A stretch of 64,000 nt of DNA from Paraspadella gotoi (Eukaryota; Animalia; Chaetognatha), in contig CM119266.1 of the NCBI GenBank assembly GCA_051294375.1, forward strand, positions 4,041,884-4,105,883, given 5' to 3'. The notes below the pieces were generated by a model. It was given only the letters and a program-made list of their open reading frames with translations, searched no databases and had not been told where the DNA came from. Of this stretch, positions 54,672-64,000 are shown in pieces. Made by a program: the position numbers and the translations under genes. Position 1 is the stretch's first letter, and every line of letters begins with the position of its first letter.

Positions 54672-55054
54672 ATCTTCGTTGACTTTAAATCACGAGACTT
54701 CGTCAAAAAACGTGTTTCTCTCTTTTTTTTCAGTCTGGAAGTCGTCTTTTTCGTCGTCTTTTTCGTCGTTTTTTCGTCTTCGTCGTTGTTGTTGTTCTTT
54801 CTTGTGTTCGTTGTTGTCTTCGTCATCGTCGGCGTCTTCATTGTCCCGGTCGTTGTCAAAAAATTATCTTGGAACGATGAGAAAGAAAATTGAGTTCGTC
54901 AATCTCATTTGCATGTTGTAGTATATGGTTCCAAGTATCGTAATCTTGTGTGCGGTTTTAATATTTGTAATTTGGTTCAATTTTGGGTTTTCCGACGTTT
55001 AGTAATTTTGGTACTTGGTGTAAATGCTTAATTAAAATTTATAAAATATTCTAC

Positions 55055-55200
55055 TTTAGAGAGAAAACGAAATTTTCGTTATTATAACAAGTGAATTCGG
55101 ACTATTACATGACTCTTATGTTTTTGCGAGTCTTCATCAAACATATCCGACTTATTATTAAATTCACTTGTAATAACAAAAATTTCGTTTTCTCTCTAAA
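55055..55200. mobile_element. Foldback/MITE-like inverted repeat with decayed hammerhead-like core
   Basis: ~40-bp arms TTTAGAGAGAAAACGAAATTTT...CAAGTGAATT and its reverse complement. Internal minus-strand TTGATGA-AGACTC...GAGTC. Confidence 0.6.
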
Positions 55201-55778
55201 CTTCTATATAAACAACACAAAGAAAGTTCGAATACAATATCTACTAAAGTATTCTACATAATAATTAGGGGTATTTTTCTAATCGCGTTATTTAAAAAAA
55301 AATTGTTAATATTGTTAATTTTTACGCTGTTATTGATACCGTTACCGTTATTGTTATTGTTACTGTTACCGTTACTGTTACCGTTACTGTTACTGTTAAT
55401 GTTACTGTTTTGGTATTCGATTTTTGTATTTTTTTTTAAGATTTAGTGAGAAAAAGAATTTCTTTAGCAACAACGGTTTTAATAATTTAATAATTTAATA
55501 AAAACACAACGAAAGAAAGAAACGATACAATTTTTGTATTAAATTGGGTTAATAAAAAAGAAATTGTTAATTCTGAGTAGGCATCTTGACGTCGTCGTCA
55601 TGTAAAAACATTAGCTAAGTTAATTGACTTTAAGAGGAGTTTTCGTTGTAATTATTAAAAAGAGTATGAAGGCGTTGGATGTTTGAAAGATTTATTTAGG
55701 AAATTCTGACATTAGATGTGAAATCTTTTTTTTTTTGAATTTATCATTTTGTTCGGGTGAAAGAAAACAATAGTGAGA

Positions 55779-55831
<53 letters not shown>

Positions 55832-55930
55832 AGCATCTTTATTTCCTATTCGAGAATAAATTCTCCTTTTTTTTTCTATCTGAGCCGAAATTAGTATTCC
55901 CAAATGTAATTCGCATGACAGACGGTCAAG

Positions 55931-55967
<37 letters not shown>

Positions 55968-55989
55968 AGGAGAGAGAGAGAGAGAGAGA

Positions 55990-56025
<36 letters not shown>

Positions 56026-56262
56026 GGAAAATACTATTTGCATTCCATTTGCAATTTTAGTAATATTTGCATTTCGGTCGTGAATTCTTTAACGAGACGT
56101 TGAGCCGATGAGTTGACATTTTGACGACGACGACGACAACAACAACAACAACGACGACGGTCAAATCTGCGTCTCCATCTACTTTATGCAATCCGCAATA
56201 AACATCCGGCACCTCACATCCGGGTGACGACGACCACGACGACATCTGGGACGAGACGGTAG

Positions 56263-56376
<114 letters not shown>

Positions 56377-56396
56377 TTGACGACAGCGGGTCAGTT

Positions 56397-56410
56397 GGCC
56401 ATCTGGTGGC
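56397..56410 (-). promoter_or_regulatory. CTCF-like motif in hedgehog intron 1
   Basis: Minus strand GCCACCAGATGGCC. Confidence 0.45.
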
Positions 56411-56692
56411 GGAGATAAAAAGAAGAATAAAAGATATTGTAAGGAGGGGGGCGGAGGGGGCGGGAGTTGTGACTTATATCCGTGGTCGACGTTGTCCCTT
56501 TCTTCTTCTTCCTCCTCCTCCTCCTCCTCCTCCTCCTCCTCATATGTATTGATTCCAGATGTTGATGACAAGCGACTCATAAAAACAAAAGACGCGCGTA
56601 AAAGAAAAAAGAAAAAAAAAGAAAAGAAAAGAAAAAAAAATCCATTAATGAAAAAAGTGACTAAAGAAAAGTTGGCTCTCTTCTCTGAGAAT

Positions 56693-56985
56693 GGCCCATT
56701 TCTGATCTTTAATACCGGAATTTAATTTTAACCTAAATATACTTTAAAATATAACCTTAATCTCTAATCTTAACCTAATCATTTATACTTAATTTTTAAC
56801 CCTAACCTTTTAACCTAAATGCTAGTCCCTAACCAAATTTCCTAACCAATTCAAGTAGCCAACCTTAGTCACTCTCCTAATCCCCAACTAATACTTAACC
56901 CTCACCTCTAACCTAAACTTTAACTTAAAAAATTAACTTAATTCAGAATTTAAGATAGAATAGGGCGTTCCAGGAAAATAAGGCC
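56693..56985. mobile_element. Second, inverted copy of the TTAGG-containing MITE
   Basis: TIR GGGCGTTCCAGGAAAATAAGGCC at 56963-56985, internal CCTAA units, and a left end matching the reverse complement of 49925-49962. Confidence 0.65.
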
Positions 56986-57365
56986 GAAAAGTTTCCCATT
57001 TTTTTCTCTTCTTTCTCGGATGTTTACGGATGTCCGACTGTCCGTACACTTTTTCCCCCGGATCGACGGACATTCGATATAAACGAAACCAAGTATTTGT
57101 TGTTTTTTTTCTCTTTTCTATTTATGGATCAATTACATCATTTCTTGTTCTCTCTTTCTCTCTCTCTCTCTCTCTCATCCGTCTCTCTCTCGTCGTCTCC
57201 TCTCTCTCTCTCGCTCTCTCGATTTTAATCTCGCTCTCGCCTCATCTCTCGCTCTCTCTCTCTCTCTCTATGGTGGTATCAAAGAAGGAATAAGCAATTT
57301 CGGGGTCAGTTCATTGAAGGCACCGGTTAACCGGTTGACCGATGGTCAAAGGCTTCCATTTCACG

Positions 57366-57444
<79 letters not shown>

Positions 57445-58101
57445 TTAAAACGGAACCAAGACGACGAAACCATCGCCGAGGACACGAAGATGTTCGCGTC
57501 TCTGTCTCCCGATTGGCGTCTCTGTCTCGCGATTCTAATCTCTTTTATTTTTCCTTCTTTTTTTTAATCCCCTTTTCCCTCAAATGAAATCTGTTTGACT
57601 AATTTTTTTTTCGATCTCCCGTTGGTTGACCTTAGAATTCAATATGAACTAATCTCATTTGCATATTGCAGCATTTAACTTGGCATTATTAAAATATTAA
57701 TGTCAACTAATGTTTCTTAATTGGATTTAGGCTCTCTTTGACGTCCCGTTGAATTATTGTAATAATTAATTAGAGAGTTAGGGAATTTGTTTTATATTTT
57801 TATTATTAACAAAAACGATATTAACACAATTGTTAAATACAAAATCAGTAACGGTATCAGTAAAAACGTAAAAAGACCGGAACTGTATCTGCCAAGTATT
57901 ACTTTTTAAAAGTTATAAACTTATTCATAAGAGACTATAAAAAATTCAGTAATATTAATTCATACTTCTATATACTTTCTATACTTTATCTTTAGGAACC
58001 AAGAGTTTTTAAAAAAACAAAGCTCAAAAAGAAAAGAAATTATTATTAAATATTGATTGTTTTTGCTCTCTATCGTTTGAATCGTTTCGTTGCGTTTGAA
58101 A

Positions 58102-58272
58102 TTAGAATTAAGTGAAATTCTTTGTTTTGCTGACAGACAACAATTTTTTTTAATTTTAAAGCTAATATGCCTTCACCAGCGCAAAATAATAAGTTATCAT
58201 TATTTATTTATTATTTTGCGCTGATGAAGGCTAGCATATTAGCCGAAAACAAACAATTTCACTTAATTCTAA
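58102..58272. mobile_element. Foldback element with inverted pair of degenerate hammerhead cores
   Basis: Plus strand CTGATGA-A-GGCTA-gcatat-TAGCC-GAAA at 58221-58248. A mutated mirror copy (CTGGTGA) lies at 58161-58190 on the minus strand. Outer arms TTAGAATTAAGTGAAATT / AATTTCACTTAATTCTAA. Confidence 0.65.
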
Positions 58273-58930
58273 AATATTATTGATTAGTTAAGTTAATCAA
58301 CCCTCGATTAATTCGTCAACTTTGATCCTCGTCGTCCTTTCCCTCCCCCTCTCCCTCTCTCCCTCACCTCCCTCTCTCCCTCTCTCCCTNNNNNNNNNNN
58401 NNNNNNNNNNNNNNNNNNNNNNNNNNNNNNNNNNNNNNNNNNNNNNNNNNNNNNNNNNNNNNNNNNNNNNNNNNNNNNNNNNNNNNNNNNNNNNNNNNNN
58501 NNNNNNNNNNNNNNNNNNNNNNNNNNNNNNNNNNNNNNNNNNNNNNNNNNNNNNNNNNNNNNNNNNNNNNNNNNNNNNNNNNNNNNNNNNNNNNNNNNNN
58601 NNNNNNNNNNNNNNNNNNNNNNNNNNNNNNNNNNNNNNNNNNNNNNNNNNNNNNNTCTCTCTCGTTATGCGACCCAGGGAATTTTATGACCTCGAAAATT
58701 CGCGGTGAAGATGAAAAAGAAAAAAAAAGAGAAAAGAGAAAAGAGATGATTTTTTTACGATGGAAAAATCCGTTTGATTCCTCGTTCGTCGTCGTTCGTC
58801 GTTGGCGTCGCCTCTTGGATCGTCGTTGGCGTCGTTCGTCGTTAATATAAGGCGTCATCATTCTCGATGGAGTCGCATTGCGTATCGTCATTCGTCATTT
58901 TTCATTAGTCTTAGGTTTTGAATCTTAAAT

Positions 58931-59128
58931 CGTTCGTCATTGGCGTTTGTAATTGACGTTCGTCATTGGCGTTCGTTGTTGGCGTTTGTCATTGGCGTTC
59001 ACCTTTGGCGTTCGTTATTGGCGTTAACCTTTGGCGTTCGTCGTTGGCTTTGGTCATTGGTGTTTACCGTTGGCATTCGTCGTTGGCGTTCACCGTTGGC
59101 GTTCGTCGTTGGCGTTCGTCATTGACGT
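58931..59128. repeat. 13-bp minisatellite (CGTCRTTGGCGTT), ~15 units
   Basis: Tandem TTGGCGTT-containing units that partly alternate CGTC and CACC variants. Confidence 0.85.
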
Positions 59129-59179
59129 CTCCTCTTAAATCGTCAACGTCGTTCAGCGTCTTTTGGATTAAAAAAATCA

Positions 59180-59270
<91 letters not shown>

Positions 59271-59672
59271 CTCGTTTATTCTTCGTTTCCGACTTTTTTA
59301 TGATTGGTTTCTCTCATTCTTTTTCCTTATCTTGCCCTTTCGACTCTCTCTCTCACCCTCTCCCTCTCTCTCTCTCCCTCTCCATCTCACCGTCTCCCTC
59401 TCTATCCCGCACAGTGTATTTCACTGTCTTCAATTTCGACTCCAGATTTTCTTTAACGATTCCTTCAGTCGTCAAATCGAGAAATAAAAGAGAAAGGGAG
59501 GTGGGGTCTAGAGGGGGTTTGGGCTCTGGAAGAGATAGGGTCTAGAATTAGTTTGAGGAGTGAATACATGGGCTCTAGAATGATTTGGGTTTGGAGTCAT
59601 GTGTGGCGTTGGGTTGTGTCATCGATTTAAGTAACACTCCATCATTTTTAAAGGAATATTATCATTTCCTTA

Positions 59673-59724
<52 letters not shown>

Positions 59725-60299
59725 GGCGTGGGAGGCGAAGGCGCGTTTCCTTTTTCCTCCGTCGACGCGATCGACGGAAAAAGAGGATGAGTGAGACAGA
59801 GACAGAGACACACAGAGAGAGACAGAGACAGAAAGAGACGAAAGAATCGACAGGCGACTGGTAAAAAGTTTTTAATAATCCTAGCGGCGACGAAACGAAA
59901 TAAAATTTCGAAAAAACAAAAGATTTTCTTGCGTCGAAATATTTTCCGCCGGAAACGAATTTTTATTTCAGAGATGAAAAGTTGGGGAAGGATGATGGGG
60001 ATGTGGAAGGAGGGGGGTTTTTGGGGGTGTGGAAGGGGTGGTTGAGGTGGGAGGAGAGTGAGGTGGTTTTAAGTGGGTCTCAAGGCGGAAGTCTGTGTGG
60101 GAGAAGGAAATAGGAGGAGATTTTTGGATGAAAAAGACAAACTTGATCTCTCTCTCTCTTTCTCTCNNNNNNNNNNNNNNNNNNNNNNNNNTACCTCTCT
60201 CTCTCCTCATCTCGTCTCTTACCTCTCTCTTCAGTCTCTCATATACTCTCTCTCTCTCTCTCTCTCTCCTCTGTCTCTCTCTCTTTCTCTCTTCTTCTC

Positions 60300-62072
60300 T
60301 CCCTCTTTCTCTCTCCTCTCTCAGCAGCTGTTTTAATCAATCTTATCTCTGGTATACCGATCACAATTTAACCAACAAAACTTTTCCTGGACCAAGGACG
60401 CATTCAAATTTTTCTTTCATGAGATTAAAAGAACAAAAAAAGAAACAAAAAAAAAGAACAAAAAAATAGTAACATGGACCAAATCGTGATTATCCCCGAC
60501 CGACAAAAAGAACGTCGGCGAACATCGCAACAAAGACAACCACAATGAGACAAACGACATAAACAACACACTAACAACCAAGTGCACATTGATTCCCCAT
60601 TTCAATCCATTTGCAACTCTGGTCATTCATGGGTTTCGTGCCCCAGGGGGGCGGAGTAGGTGCGGGAGCAACGGGGGACACAATACGTTGTCAGCTGGGA
60701 CACGAAACAGAGCGGGCGGACAACAGAAGACAATGACAGTTGACACCCCTTGCGACTGGGAGAGGAGAGAAGAGAGAGAGATGAGAGATGAGAGAGAGAG
60801 AGACGAGAGGGAGAGAGAGAGAGAGAGAGAGAAACAGATTATCAATACCATGATGGAAACAAAAAATTGTTCGCGTGGTTACTTCTCAGCTTTTCGCGAA
60901 TTTTAATGTAAGAATCGGAAAAAATAAAATTTAGATATAAAAAAAAACTTCTGGCGCTGTTTATGATTCATAGGTGAGCGCTTGTATATATTATTTAGTG
61001 TTTACCGAAAAAGAACAAGAGGTTAATTATAACTCTTTGCAGTATATGCAAAAGAAAATGATGTTGTCCAAACTAATTCTTCTTTCATTCTTTTAGTCTT
61101 TGTTATTTAATATTAATTTCCCGGTTCATTTTTTATTACTTTTGATTAGTTCAAACCGCGTGAACTATAAAAATTGCTGTATCTCAGTCTCATGGTCAAT
61201 ATTGTTAATTGATCAATCTCCATTTTGGATAGATCTCAGGGATTGAATCTTTAATTCATATGGTTCAAAAAAAAGAACGATATATTTAAAAATGCATTGA
61301 TGTGATAGATGGTCCACGGAATGATTTTTTTTATTTTTGTGTAAAAGTATCATAAAAGTCTATAAGGCAAAGTATTTTATTTTATATTTACCTCTGGATA
61401 GGTATATATTCAAGACACGACAAGCGTATCAAACAGTCAAAAAAAAAGAAATCATCAAAAATTTTGATTGAAGGGAAAGACAATTGCTATCATCACATTC
61501 TGTGCAGCACCAACTTTCAAGACGCTGTATACTTGTTATAGGGATTAGATCCTTTATCACTGCTTGGCAAGACCATTTTTATGCCCAAAATCTGAAAAGC
61601 GTCATGGATTCTAGGCGGGTGAACGCTAGGGCGGAAGGTGCCCGACGTAATCTCTCTTCTTTTTTTCTCTCTCTCTCTCCCTCTTTCTCTCTCTCTCTCC
61701 GCAGCGTTTTAATCAATCTTCTCTGGATACCGATCACAATAACCAAAAACTTCCTGACCAAGACGCATCAAATTTTTCTTTCATTGAGATTAAAAAGAAC
61801 AAAAAAAGAACAAAAAAAAGAACAAAAAAAAGAACAGGGGACAAATCGTGATAATCCCGACCGACAAAAGAGCGAACATCAACAAAGACAACAATGAACA
61901 ACAATAAACAACAATAACAACAATGACATTGATTCCCATTCACCTTCAACTCTGGGTCATTCATGGGTTCGTGCCCAGGGGGGCGGAGTAGGGGGGGAGA
62001 CGGGACACAATACGTTGAGGGACACGAAACAGACGGGGAAACAGAAGACAGTTGACCAGTTGACACCTGGAC

Positions 62073-62125
<53 letters not shown>

Positions 62126-62842
62126 GATTATCAATACCATGATGGAAAAAAAAATTGTCGCGGTTACTTTCCAGCTTTCGGAATTTTAATGTAAGAATCG
62201 AAAAATAAAATTTAGATATAAAAAAACTTTGGCCTTTTATGATTCATATGAGCTGTATTTTATTTATGTATTACGAAAAATACAAGAGTTATATATAACT
62301 CTTGCATATATGCAAAAGAAAATGAGTTGTCCAAAAATTGCTTCTTTCTTTTTTATCTTTGTATTTATATTAATTTCCGGTTCTTTTTTATTACTTTTTG
62401 AGTTAAACCGTGACTATTAAAAATCCCTGCCTTTACTCAGTCTCATGTCAAATTGTTATTGCATCATCTCCATTTGGATAGATTCAGGGTTGAATCTTAA
62501 TTCATATGTCAAAAAAAGAACGATATTAAAAATGCATTGATGCTGTAGATGGTCCAGAATATTTTTTTTATTTTGTAAAGTATCAATAAAAGTTATAAGG
62601 CAAAGTTTTTATTTTTATTTACCTCTGGATAGGTATATATTCAAGACACGACAAGCGTATCAAACAGTCAAAAAAAAAGAAATCATCAAAAATTTTGATT
62701 GAAGGGAAAGACAATTGCTATCATCACATTCTGCAGCAACAACTCAAGCCTGGTTTACTTTATAGGGGATTAGTCCTTTTCACTGCTTGCAAAAGACCAT
62801 TTTTTGCCCAAAATCTGAAAGCGTCATGATTCTAGGCGGGGT
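60300..62842. other. Indel-rich tandem duplicate (60300-61630 vs 61680-62842)
   Basis: Collinear copies following the 25-N gap at 60167. Confidence 0.8.
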
Positions 62843-64000
62843 GAACCTAGGCAATGCCCGACTACATATTATGTTGGAGATATAATATCAATAATAACAT
62901 GAGTAGTCCTTTTGATCAAAAAGAGGTGAAAATAGTTAGAGACAACCTCTTTTGGAAGTAATTGTATGCAATAAATAATTTTATGCTGTTAAGAAATAAT
63001 ATTTTTATTCAGTCCTAGGAAGGTCATATTACATATTAAAACCTATTTAAAGGCCAAAAAATATATTTGATAATAAAATTAACCGAATTTTCCAAACCGC
63101 GACAATTTGTTTTTCGATCATTGTATAATAGAAAACCTCCAAATAAGCAGAAGCTTATTCAGATTTTGTAAAAAAAAATTATTTTAACAAATAAAGTAAA
63201 GAAGGTTTGAAAGAAAAAAGAAAAAAGGACGATAGAGACAGAGTGATTTCTTCCCCATCTACGGATGCGTCGTTTCTTCCTCTCCGCTCCATTTGTCCGT
63301 CAATAGCCTCGTTAAGCCCCCGTGGCTCACGTCGGGCTCTCGGCGGCCCCGAGCCGCTCCCCCGGCGAGCAGCTCCGCCCGACACGGCGCGGGCCACCAT
63401 GAAAGGTCAGGGCCGGAGGTCGCGGTTGTGGGGGAGAGGAGGAGAGGGGGGAGAGAGAGAGGAGGAAAGAGGGGAGAGAGAGAGAGAAAGAGGGAGATGA
63501 GGGGAGAGGGAGAAAGAGGAGCTAGTCCTTCCAGCCTATTAAGACAGAAGGGTGCTTCAAGGCTGATTAGAAGAGTAAGATCAAGAGTGACGCAGCTCAT
63601 GTAAAGGAAAAGAGAGGAGAGGATGGTGACGGAGAAGACGAGAAAGAGGGGAGAGAGCGAAGAAGAGAGAAGAAGGAGAGAGAAGAGAGGAAGAAGAGAG
63701 AGAGGAGAGAGAGAGAGAAGAGGAGAGAGGAAGAGAGAGAGAGAGAGAGAAGAAGAGAGAGAGAAGAGAAGGGCAGAGGAAGAGAGAGGACAAGAGAGGA
63801 GAAGAGAGAAGAGAAGAGGAATGAGAGAGAGAGAGAGAGGAAGACAGAAGAGAGAGAGAGAAGAGAGGAGAGGAGAAGAGAGGAGAGAGAGAGAGAAGAG
63901 GGGAGAGAGAGAGAGACAGAGAGGGGGTAGAGAGAGAGAAAGAGGAGGAGAGAGAGAGAGAAATGGGGAGAGCAGAGAGAAAAGAGAGGAGAGAGAGCAC

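Overview
Animal (invertebrate) genomic scaffold with two very different compartments. About 1-22.3 kb is gene-dense, with five co-oriented minus-strand genes and short introns. In transcription order these are an intronless ALDH3-family aldehyde dehydrogenase, an intronless ZDHHC6 palmitoyltransferase, a 7-exon ABHD16A, a ~14-exon kinase-less TRPM channel, and NHE8/SLC9A8, which runs off the left edge. Spacing is tight, and at two junctions a poly(A) signal lies ~100-140 nt before an apparently unpaired 3' splice acceptor. This suggests a trans-spliced polycistronic unit enriched in fatty-acyl/palmitoylation enzymes. About 24.6-64 kb is a gene desert rich in (GA)n and (GAC)n repeats; the only coding sequence I recognise there is hedgehog exon 1 (+ strand). 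The window, mainly from 23 kb onward, also holds hammerhead-ribozyme motifs, a TRIM-like miniature LTR element, MITEs, CTCF-like motifs, a CCAAT-CCAAT-CDE/CHR promoter module and nuclear-receptor-like arrays. Several 25-N gaps and indel-rich tandem duplicates indicate long-read gap-filling artefacts. Exon models were traced by eye and no database searches were run. The species cannot be determined from the sequence.
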